Part shown: piece by piece, positions 22,263-34,200 of the stretch
Layout of the letters: each line of letters opens with the position of its first letter
How positions within the stretch are numbered: position 1 is the first letter of the stretch
Assembly (NCBI GenBank): GCA_038087875.1
Contig: CM075978.1
Span: 100,378,001-100,442,000, forward strand
Direction: 5' to 3'
DNA: 64,000 nucleotides
DNA from: Malacoraja senta
Lineage: Eukaryota
Translations under genes and position numbers: made by a program
Notes under the pieces: generated by a model
The model's input: only the letters and a program-made list of their open reading frames with translations
Told to the model about the DNA's origin: nothing
The model's database searches: none

Positions 22263-25200
22263 CAGTAAGATGCCATTCTAAAGCAACTCAACTTGGCAGA
22301 GCAACATCTTCGTAAATTTGATCTGCCTATTGTTACAGATTTCTGGAATGTGTAATTTACATTTTTAAGCCTGTGCTCATAAAATCATGGAAACAGACAT
22401 GTCAGAAATGTCTCCCTCAGCTATCCACGTATATGCCAGCATGATGCATACACAGCGTGCAACGGAATAGTACAGTATAAGAACAGGCCCTTTGGTCGAC
22501 TGGGTCTATGCCGGCCATAATGCCACTTTTAACCAATCCTCTCTACCTGCACATGATCTGTGTCCTTGCATTCCATGCATGTTCACATTTCTGTCTAAAT
22601 GCCTATTATACATTCCTATCATATCTTCTACCACCACTCCTGGCAGCATGTTCCCACCACACCCCATGCAAACAAAAACACTTGTCCCATAAATCTATTT
22701 TAAATTTTACCATCTTGCCTTAAAGCAGATACAATAGTTGCATTTACAAGGCTTCCAGGTGGGTATGCCCTCAGGTATTTAACATTTAGACCCTGGGAAA
22801 AGGCTCTGTGTGCACCCTAGCTATGCCTCCCATAATTTTATAAACTTTTATCAGTTCTCTCATCCTTCGATGCTCCAGAGAAAACAATCCAAGTTTGTCC
22901 AACCTTTGCTTATAGCTAGAACCCTCTGATCCAGACAACATTGTGGTGAACTTGGACTATTTTCCATGGAGTATTGAAGGTTGAGGGACCTGATAGTAGT
23001 TTAATAAAATTATGAGAATAAATTCCATTTCCTGCATATTCAAATACCCTCCTGTAAATGCAACGATTGTATCTTTCAACATCGCCACCTCTGTTGGATT
23101 ATGGAAATGCAGCCTGACAGAATTCACAAATCAGTACCAAAAGATTGAAGATATGGAATATGTGTTCTCACAGAATTTATGTGGGGGAAACAAGTAAATA
23201 AATCAGCACAACTAATATTTTTCACCTTAAGTTTCTTGATGCATGCACCGTTGACATTGCTTTGTATTATGAGAAACTGCGATATGGCCTGGTTTCTACA
23301 AACGGAACCTAGCCTGTAATGTTGTTGAAAGGATAGTTGTCAACTCTGATGATAAATTGGCAGCTCCATGCAGCATCGGGACCAGAACTGCACACAGTAC
23401 TCTAAATGCAGCATAACCAAACCATTATACTGCCCCAGCATGACTTGCCAACTTCAATACAAAAAGCTCTAATTAATGAAGGCAAGTAACACCTCCTTTA
23501 CCACCCTATTTATGTTGCCAATTTTAGGGAGCAATGGACTTGTTCCCCAAGATCTCTCTGTACATCTGATAATTGCTGGTTTCTGAGCTCCCCCCCAGTC
23601 TAGTTTCAGTAAAAACACTGAATCAAGCACTTGAATTAACTAAATTTTATTTTACCAAAAGCGCGTCACAGATCACACACTGTGGGTTCGATCCCTGTGT
23701 CTATCTGTTCAAGCCCTCTAGGCCTCACTCAGACAGAGACACTCCAGAAGTTCCTCCAGAAGATCGACCTCGAGCCTCGTGATCACGGTCTTTTATATGC
23801 CCAGCGAACCTGAGGGCCGAACCACACGGGGGTTGTCTTCCAATTATAGATATCGATTAACCCCATACATAACAGACATTTCCCTAACCCAATGATACAA
23901 AAGTTCAATACATTGTATTCACAACTGACTTTGAGATGAAGTCAACTATTGAAACATTTACCCTGATTAACAGAACTCTCAGACAAGGCTTAACACCCCA
24001 TCCAATAAAGATCCAGCAGAGTCAGATTCTGCAACATTATTTACAAGCTATTTACAAAATGTATATCTAGTTTGCAACCACCCAATCCATTCTATGCATT
24101 TGGTATCAGATTGACAAGGCTTGCAAGACTTCCTATCCTTTGCATATGAATTTTATCTAAGTTCCAGACTCTGGCACTTCTTGCAGCTTGTCCCAGCTCT
24201 GCAGAGAGCAATTTGACCAAATCTCTCAGCAAGCCCTGACACTTAACCCCTTTTTGAAGTCCTGACTGGTCCAATTTAGCCAGGATTAACACATCTATGC
24301 TCCTAAAAGTCCTGCCATTTACTGTATACTGTAAATACAACAGGTAACCAATCTGGCTTTCTATCAACACCAAATCTCAGTATTTAATGAACGAAAAATT
24401 GCACTCAGAATTTTATTATTTTATTAAGCTAAGATATTTTGACAGTTTTGTTAATATTTACAGGCCTATGTTGTAAAAATCAATACTTTGTATTTTTTGT
24501 ACATAATGCACACAGGGTAAAAACTAGTCACTTACAAGCATAATACACCACACAATGTGCAGGAGGTGATCGGAGGAAGTCTCGTGCAATGCAGCAAAGT
24601 TCAGATTGTCCGTCACAACAAGGTTCTCTCATTGGACCCTCACATGCAAGCCAGTAGTGCTCATTCTTGTGATGCCCAGTCTGAATGTAGCTGGGACATT
24701 GTTGGCCGGTATGGTCGAGTTGGGCCGAAGGGCCTGTATCACTCTATGACTCTTTTTTTGATGCAGCTCCTTCACAGCTTATGTGAGGTTGTAAAACATT
24801 TTGCAGAAGATGAAGTATCTTGAAGCATAGTCACTAATTAGGGGTCGGGAGTGGGGTTGGAAGTCAAAGCTCTTAACGGTGGGAGCCATGGATAGGTCGG
24901 CAGGTCATTACATTCACATTCACTTTACAACGCCATCACGGAATTTCAACTGAGCTCCCATAATTTTGTCCAGATTGTGGTGGTGGGGGAGACCATCAAT
25001 TACCAGAAAATCGGTTTTCAACCTGTACCAATTTGAAGATAGTCCAAGACCCACAAACAATAATGCCAGCATGTTTAAACTTTTCTATATGTCGATTGAA
25101 TAACTAAAGAGAGAACACCACATATGACATCTGCCCACCTGGGCATATGTTCCATGTTTTCAAACCTCCCTGTATATGCTGTCAATTTTAACCTGGTGTA

Positions 25201-25319
25201 GGTGACTCCTGCGTTACAGAGTCCTGTTAATGGAAATTCACCTTCACAAATTACAACCCAAAATTTGAAGTAGTGATTAAAATTTGTCCCGATGGACTTA
25301 TTGTGGTATTCCCCCTTCC

Positions 25320-26350
25320 CATCCGTGAACCTGGCTGTCTCATTGGTCTGTTCTTCAAAATTAAACTGTTTCCAACCCATTACTCTACCCTCCCTTGTAA
25401 AACTGGTCACCACCATGAAACCTACTACCTGCCCCCTTGACATTGTCCCCTCTGCCCTTCTGAAGGATGTCATTACAATATCCGGTCCCAGCATCCTCGC
25501 CATCTTCAACAGTTCTCTGGCCACTAGCACTGTTCCTACCTGCTTCAAGCACGCGGTGGTCCAGCCCCTCCTGAAAAAACCTAACCTCGACCCCACCTTG
25601 CCAAGCAACTACAGACCTATTTCACAACTGCCTTTCCTTTCAAAAGCCCTTGAAAAGGTAATGTTAAGTCAACTCATGCCTTACCTTCACCATAATACTA
25701 TCATGGACACTTTCCAATCAAGTTTCAGGGCCCACCACAGCACAGAGTCTGCCTTGTTGAAGGTACATAATGACCTACTTCTCACCGTTGACTCCAGCGA
25801 CTGCAATCCTGCTCCTTCTTGACCTCAGCGCAGCATTTGATACTGTCGACCACACCATCCTAATTGACCATCTCCGGTACGAGGTTGGTATTGATGGAAC
25901 TGCCCTGAGCTGGTTCATCTCCTACCTCAAAGGTAGGAGTTTCTCGACTAACATAGGCAACTCATTCTCCTCCCCTGCTAGCCTCTGCTGCTGGGTTCCA
26001 CAAGGTTCCATCCTTGGCCCCATTCTCTTCTCCCTGTATATGCTCCCATTAGGCCGTCATTCAAAGGCACGGCATTTCCTTCCATTGCTATGCAGACGAT
26101 ACACAATTCTATCTCCCCCTGAAGCCCAACAACCGATCAAATCTACTTAACCTTACCACTGCCTCGAGGATATAAAGTGTTGGATGGCCCAGAACTTCCT
26201 CCAACTAAACGAGAGTAAGTTTGAGGTCATCCTTCTCGGCCCCTTGGACAATCAAAACGATAGCAGGCAGCATTGAAAGCCTTACCCCATTACTCAAACC
26301 TCACGTCACAAACCTTGGCGTGATATTTGACTCAGCATTGAAATTTGACA
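25320..26350 (+). mobile_element. L2-clade LINE RT fragment, frameshifted
   Basis: [50 protein letters not shown]. Confidence 0.9.
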
Positions 26351-26359
26351 AGCAAAAAA

Positions 26360-29300
26360 AAGACAATTCTTTGTCATTTGGGTGTAAGAATCTCAAACTT
26401 CTAACATTCCAGAGTCAAGTAAAAAAGAATTGATAAAACTAGCTGATTTATTTGGAAGCACATGATCAGATGTAGACCTGTCAATCAAGGGGTTCAGACA
26501 GCAGTTGAAATCTCCACCCATTATTAAAAAGTGTTCATTTAAATTAGGAAAGGATGCAATTAACTGTTTAAAAAACTCAGGGTGATCAATATTTGGTGCG
26601 TAAACATTCACCATAGCAACATTTTGCTTATAAAGAACACCAGTAATCACCAAAAATCTACCATATGGATCAGAAATTGTTTCATAATGAACAAACGGAA
26701 TTGAGGAGTCAATAAAAATAGAGACTCCTTTCACCTTAGCCTGTGAATTTGAATGAAACCGCTGTCCTCTCCAAAACTTGAAAAATCGTTGATTGTCATC
26801 TTGCCTTACATGAGTTTCCTGAACAAAAATAATCTGAGCATTTAGTCTGCGAAGAACTTTAAAAATGTTTTTCCTCTTAATGGGATGGTTCAAGCCATTC
26901 ACATTCCATGAAAGGAAGTTAATAACTTTATCCATATTGCTTGTAAAAATCATGTGGGTTGTAAAGGGTTAATTTCTTAAAGCCTAATAGTTCATGATAC
27001 TGGAAGAAGAAAAATCTAGGGCGGAACCAGATGTGACGACATTTCAGACATTTTTGTAGTTCAAATTTTTCACAAATGAAGAACACTAAATAAGAAACAA
27101 GAAACAGAAACATAGAAACATAGAAAATAGGTGCAGGAGTAGGCCATTCGGCCCTTCGAGCCTGCACCGCCATTCAATATGATCATGGCTGATCATCCAC
27201 CTCAGTATCCTGTACCTGCCTTCTCTCCATACCCCCTGATCCCTTTAGCCACAAGGGCCACATCTAACTCCCTCTTAAATATAGCCAATGAACTGGCCTC
27301 AACTCCCTTCTGTGGCAGAGAGTTCCAGAGATTCACCACTCTCTGTGTGAAAAATGTTTTTCTCATCTCGGTCCTAAAGGATTTCCCCTTTATCCTTAAA
27401 CTGTGACCCCTTGTCCTGGACTTCCCCAACATCGGGAACAATCTTCCTGCATGTAGCCTGTCCAACCCCTTAAGAATTTTGTAAGTTTCTATAAGATCCC
27501 CCTCAATCTTCTAAATTCTAGCGAGTACAAGCCGAGTCCATCCAGTCTTTCTTCATATGAAAGTCCTGACATCCCAGGAATCAGTCTGGTGAACCTTCTC
27601 TGTACCCCCTCTATGGCAAGAATGTCTTTCCTCAGATTTGGAGACCAAAACTGTACGCAATACTCCAGGTGTGGTCTCACCAAGACCCTGTACAACTGCA
27701 GTAGAACTTCCCTGCTCCTATACACAAATCCTTTTGCTATGAATGCTAACATACCATTCGCTTTCTTCACTGCCTGCTGCACCTGCATGCCTACTTTCAA
27801 TGACTGGTGTACCATGACACCCAGGTCTCGTTGCATCTCCCCTTTTCCTAATCGGCTACCATTTAGATAATAGACTACTTTCCTGTTTTTGCCACCAAAG
27901 TGGATAATCTCACATTTATCCACATTATACTGCATCTGCCATGCATTTGCCCACTCACCCAGCCTATCCAAGTCACCTTGCAGCCTCCTAGCATCCTCCT
28001 CACAGCTAACACTGCCCCCCAGCTTCGTGTCATCCGCAAACTTGAAGATGTTGCATTCAATTCCCTCGTCCAAATCATTAATATATATTGTAAATAGCTG
28101 GGGTCCCAGCACTGAGCCTTGCGGTACCCCACTAGTCACTGCCTGCCATTCTGAAAAGGACCCGTTTACTCCTACTCTTTGCTTCCTGTTTGCCAGCCAG
28201 TTCTCTATCCACATAAATACTGAACCCCCAATACCATGTGCTTTAAGTTTGTATACTAATCTCTTATGTGGGACCTTGTCGAAAGCCTTCTGAAAGTCCA
28301 GATATAACACATCCACTGGTTCTCCCTTATCCACTCTACTAGTTACAAAAGACCCTTCCCCCCCCCCCCACCCACCCATGTAAAGTCTGAAACTGACCAA
28401 TAGACAGTCAGTAAGCTACCTAATCCCTTCCCTACCCCCATCTCTCCTAGCAACAGCACCCAACGTTGCAAAAAGCATATTTGCCACTCAATAGCCATAA
28501 CATATATGCTGGCAGTGAAACTGAAGAGCAAGAGCTACATATTATTATCCAAGGTCAAAATATGAAAAACAAGAACTGCGTTCACATAATTTGTCTAAAG
28601 CCAGAGGAACACAAATTCCTTCACTTTTAAGAGTAAAAAATTAACAAAGAAATGCTTAAAAAATTAATATATATAAAAGAAAAACAACTCGTCCAGTTAA
28701 ATTCATAATCATTATCAAACAATATATTGTCCAAATAGGAACAGTAAATCTCCAATTATAACTTAATCAGCTATCAATTACTCCCCTTCACCCTCGTAAC
28801 TCTCCAAAAAGCTGGAAGCGTCTTGAGGATTGTTAAAAAATCGAATGTTACCATTGAAAAGTCGTATACACATGGCTGGATAAAGTAAGGCTGGGCGCAA
28901 CTTTTTCTTAAACAGATCAGACATTACATTATGAAAAGACTTTCTTATTTCCAAAAGCTCATAACTATAATCAGGAACAAACCGAAACTTGTATCCTTCA
29001 TATTCAACCACGCCCAACCTTTTTGCTGCCTGGAGAATATTCTCCTTCGTTTGCAAAAAGTGAAACCGAACAATCAAGTGTCTCGGATTATTACCAGATT
29101 TCTGCCCAATCCTGTGTGCGTTATCCAAAAATGGAAGATTTTCATTGTGCTCAATGTTGAAAGTCTCCTTTATCATTTTAGAAGCATATTTTATAACATT
29201 ATCTCCTTCTTGACCTTCCGGCAAACCAACAATTTGTAAATTCAATTGAAGGCTTCTGTTTTCCAGGTCCATATATTTAATCTTATATTGCTGGAGTGCT

Positions 29301-29790
29301 CGAGTATTTTCATTCATTCTTCATTCCAGTTTTTCAATCTTCAAGTCTCTCTCCTGGCCCAGGGTTCGCAAGTTATCAATTTGTTCCTTTTGTTCACGAA
29401 GTTCATCTTGTAACATAATCAGCTTTTCTTGAACTTCCTTCAATTTGCTCAAAACTCCTTTCACCATTTCTTCCAAACTGCAAAATCTTGTTTTCATTTT
29501 TCAGTTCATCGTTCATTTTTGATGTTGCTTCTATGATACTAGAGTCAGAAGCTGTGGCTGTGGTTGTGGCTTTCCCCTGTTCCTTCCTTGGGGAGCCTCC
29601 TTTCCTTCTTGTCTCCATCCTTTTCACGATTAAGGCGTGTAAAAGTGTTATCAACACTTTATGAAAAATTAGACCGTGCCTTGAAGTCAAGTAATCACAA
29701 GTAACATTGAAAGAGTGGTAAGTGAAGGTTAAAAGTTAAGGGAGCAAACGAATTTGCAACCTTTACAGCATGCTGCCACTAGGAGAGTCT
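26360..29790 (-). mobile_element. L1/Tx1-clade LINE, 5' half (ORF1 and ORF2 endonuclease), split by CR1
   Basis: ORF1 about 28778-29618 (DLENRS..NLQIVGLPE, DNAHR, PRHLIVRF, ALLYPA); endonuclease 26393-26953 (SWNVNGLN, FVQETH, NVYAPN, GGDFN). Confidence 0.9.
27098..28345 (-). mobile_element. 5'-truncated CR1 LINE inserted in an L1
   Basis: RT ORF 27489-28400 ([16 protein letters not shown]) and the same 3' tail as 37570-41172. Confidence 0.93.
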
Positions 29791-30343
29791 CGTAGATAAT
29801 TTATGAGCATAAATAGAGGATAAGCTAACAAACAGGTAATGGATGAAATTAGGCATATTAAGAGGAAAATGACTAATTAATTTGTAGTCAGTTTATCTGA
29901 CCACGGATATCAGTGGGTAATCAAGTTGAGAGGGTAATGTAGCAATGCATCATAGTAATATCTTGGGACTTTAATTCACATAGGGTCTGGGAAATAAAAT
30001 TAGCACTAATCGTACAGATGAATTTGCAGCATGTGTAAAATATGATGTTCTATATCGGCATGCTGAAGAATCAACAAAGGGAAAGGTTAATTTCAACTAG
30101 TTACGTGCAATGAGAAGGTTTGTTAATAGTTTAGTATAGAGATGCAGCACGGAAACAGGCCCTTTGGCCCACTCGAATCTGCGCCGGCCAGCGATCACCA
30201 CACACTACGGACAATTTATAATTTTACTGAAGTCAATTAACCTCCAAACTTGTACGTCTTTGCGGTATATTTACGTTAATTACATAATAAGCTTTGAGAA
30301 GAGTGAGTGATATAAATTGAAATTATTTGCTTCGATCTCCTCG

Positions 30344-30880
30344 TCTCCTAATCTGAGGAAAGATATTCTTGCCATAGAGGGAGTACAGAGAAGGTTCACC
30401 AGACTGATTCCTGGGATGTCAGGACTTTCATATGAAGAAAGACTGAATAGACTCGGTTTGTACTCGCTAGAATTTAGAAGATTGAGGGGGGATCTTATAG
30501 AAATGTACAAAATTCTTAAGGGGTTGGACAGGCTAGATGCAGGAAGATTGTTCCCGATGTTGGGGAAGTCCAGAACAAGGGGTCACAGTTTAAGGATAAG
30601 GGGGAAATCTTTTAGGACCGAGATGAGGAAAACATTTTTCACACAGAGAGTGGTGAATCTCTGGAATTCTCTGCCACAGAAGGTAGTTGAGGCCAGTTCA
30701 TTGGCTATATTTAAGAGTGAGTTAGATGTGGCCCTTGTGGCTAAAGGGATCAGGGGATATGGAGAGAAAGCAGGTACAGGATACTGAGTTGGATGATCAG
30801 CCATGATCATATCGAATGGCGGTGCAGGCTCGAAGGGCCGAATGGCCTACTCCTGTACCTATTTTCTATGTTTCTATCTG
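30344..30880 (+). mobile_element. CR1 3' fragment about 260 nt beyond the receptor stop codon
   Basis: ORF 30317-30787 and typical tail. Confidence 0.92.
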
Positions 30881-31141
30881 AAACTACAGTCTTAAATTAT
30901 CACAAAGGAAACTGCGAATGTATGAGTTGTGAGTTGTTGGGTAGACTGGGAAACTACATTAAAAGAATAAATGTGGCAGGAATAGACCAATCTGTAGGCT
31001 ATCACTTTATGTGAGGTTAAGAGTAAGAAAATATTGAGGCATATGCCTAAGAACCAGAATGAAGATCTGTGACATTCGGGAGTTCTGTGCGTTGACAGAT
31101 ACCAGCCAGAAGAACCCTGAGGGGTGACTTTTAGTCAGTCA

Positions 31142-31258
31142 CTATGCACGTTTGATGGCAGCATATTCGGTTGTCTCCTCGCTGACTTCTAAGGTTGGAG
31201 CTTTGGCATTCTTTCGTACAAATTGAATATCAGCATAGAACAGCTCCGATTCCGCCGA
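31142..31258 (-). CDS. Receptor terminal coding exon with ITIM and ITSM
   Basis: ttctgtttttctgttgcag|TCGGCG; [41 protein letters not shown]. Confidence 0.88.
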   Translation of the reverse strand, partial: SAESELFYADIQFVRKNAKAPTLEVSEETTEYAAIKRA

Positions 31259-34200
31259 CTGCAACAGAAAAACAGAATGTAAATGACACAAGAGACTGCT
31301 GAATCCATAAGCCGATTTTGTCCATCAGTCAGAAAATACGCAAAATCATACCATCACAGTTTATAACGCATGACATCAAAACATATAAGATGAACAAGAA
31401 AGAACATTTACCAAAAGGGGAAAAGAGAGCAAACTAGTTATAGTCATAGAGTAATACAGTGTGGAAACAGGCCCTTTAGCCCAACTCACCCACACCAGTC
31501 AACAATGTCCCATCTACCCGAGTTCCACTTGCCTGCGCTTGGTCCATAACCATCCAAATCTGTCCTATCCATGTACCTGTCCAACTGTTTCTTAAACAAT
31601 GGGATAGTCCCAGCCTCAACTACCTCCTCTGGCAGCTTGTTCCATACACCCACCACCCTCTGTGTGAAAAAGTTACCCCTTGGATTCTTATTAAATCGTT
31701 TCCCCTTCACCCTGAACCTATGTCCTCTGGTCCGCGATTCCCCTACTCTGGGTAAAAGACTGTGCATCTAGCCGATCTATTCCTCTCATGATTTTATATA
31801 CCTCTAGAAGATCTCCCCTCATCCTCCTACGCTCCATGGAATAGAGACCCAGCCTACTCAACCTCTCCCTGTAGCTCACACCCTCTAGTCCTGGCAACAT
31901 CCTTGTTAATCTTTTCTGAACACTTTCAAGCTTAACAACATCTTTCCTATAACATGGTGCCCAGAACTGACACAATATTCTAAATGCAGTCACACCAACG
32001 TCTTGAATGCAACATGACCTCCCAACTTCTATACTCAATACTTTCTCTGGTGAAGGCCAAAGTTCCAAAAGCCTTTTTGACCACCTTATCTACCTGCGAC
32101 TCGACCTTCATGGCACCATTCACTTGTACTCCTAGATCCCTCTGCACTACAACACTGCCCAGAGGCCTACCATTTACTGTGTAGGTCCTGCCCTAGTTTG
32201 GTCCCAAAATGCAACACCTCACACTTCTCTGTATTAAATTCCATCAACCATACCTCCGCCCACCCAGCCAATGGATCCAGATCCTGCTGCAATCGTTCAC
32301 AACCATCCTCACTATCTACAAAACCACTAACTTTTGTATCATCGGCAAATTTGCTGATCCTGCCCTGTATGTTCTCATCCAAATCATTGCTGTAGATGGC
32401 AAGCAGTAACGGGTCCAGCACCGAACCCTGTGGCACACCACTAGTCACTGGAATGAACGTAATATATGTACGTAAGACTTTGAATATAATGATATTTATG
32501 GAAGCTTGTTCATATGTAAAGGTGTAAGGTGGACATTTGTAAACCTGAGATGGCTTGTATAGGTCTAAAAAGGAAGTAATGGCATTCAATTAAAGGCATG
32601 GGCCAAAATGTCGCCTGTCCATTTCTTTCCGCAGATGCTGCCTGACCCACCGAGTTTCTCCAGCAGTTTGTATTTATGTCTGGTACTTACCATAGTGACA
32701 TTGGTGGCCGGTTCTGTATTGGTCTTGGTTTCAACTGAAATAAAATAAGAATCTGTTGAGTTGTCACATACGGGTGATAATCAAAATGAAATCATATTGC
32801 GGTATACAAACTTATTGTCATCCCTTATCCAGTGCATTCAGATAGCTGGAACTTTCTGCAGAACACATATGTAGGTATGTTACAAAACTTACCTTCAGTG
32901 GCACTGCAGTTCTGTCACTGCCCGTGTGCGCGACTTTGGCGCCTTTGAGAGGGGGGCGGGTTTAAAATGCCTTGTTTCTCCAAGCTATTCAAATCGATGT
33001 CTGTCAGGGTGTTTAGTTGCTAAAGAAAAATCGCTTCGACTGCCGTTTTATTAAGTTTATTAAAATTAGCGCTGGATAATTAAATTGTTGGAGTAAAATT
33101 AAAATCATCTTCAAATGCCGACAACGGGGACGGATTTCACGTAGGGGACAAGGCAAGGTACGCCGTTTGTTTTTTCATATAAACTTGCTTCTTAGGATGC
33201 CCTTAATCAAAATTTCACGTTGCGAAAATGTCATCATGTAAATATACGAACCGGCAGTATTTTTCCTGCCGATATGAGGCTTAAATTCACCGCAAATGCA
33301 ACGTTCCAAACCAGCGCGTTCCTCAAAAACCCACTCGCAAGATGATTAAAATGCCCATTAATTTACAGGAATTAAACACTAAATTCCTTCCATTTGGCCT
33401 ATAAATTCATGACAATGAGATTTAAAAATCATGTTATATTGTGAATTCTTGTGTGAATGTTATTTGGACACTTAGGCTTTTAAAAAATGTTAACCTTTTC
33501 TTAAGAAATGGATAGATGTTTAGATCTAGTAATTGAATTTTGTAATTAGCTACAATTGGGTAACTAACTAATTATATGCTTTAATTTCAGGTCATCCAAG
33601 TAAGATTGTTTCATATTTGTTTCAGAATGCTTCAATCTATAATAACTGAAAATTTCATTCAGTTCTCTTAATTTTTAAGAAAGTTATGGGCTTTTGACTG
33701 TCCTCGATCACAGCTTTTGAGTAAAGTCAATGGAAAAGCAATAGGGAACAAGATGCTAATTTCAGAGTATGAAAATGGCCATAACTTTTTTAATACTGAA
33801 GATATGAAAGTGAATTAGGTGTCAAATTAAACTTATTTTTATGCTTTATCTGATGGGATAAATTGCAGACTATTTTTAAAATCTCAAAATTTTGTGACAT
33901 ATGTTTAGCCTAGACATACAGCGTGGAAACAGGCCCTTCAGCCACCAAGTATACGCCGGCCAGCAATCCCCGTACACTAACACTATCCTACACACTAGGG
34001 ACAAACCTGTACATCTTTGAAGTGTGGGAGGAAACCAGAGCAATTGGGGAAAACCCACATGGTCACAGGGAGAATGTGCAATCTCCATACAGACAGCACC
34101 TGTAGTCAGGATTGAACCCAGGTCGCTGGTGCTGTAAGACAGCAACTCTACCACTGCGCCAACGTGCTGTCATATCTATGAAGAGTTTCACACTCTTGAC

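Noticed and set aside
23048-25105. Possible third gene on the - strand (candidate exons 25030-25105, 24536-24680, 23048-23113)
   Set aside because: The individual splice sites look plausible, but I could not assemble a stop-free, phase-consistent model or recognise a domain. It is worth an RNA-seq look only.
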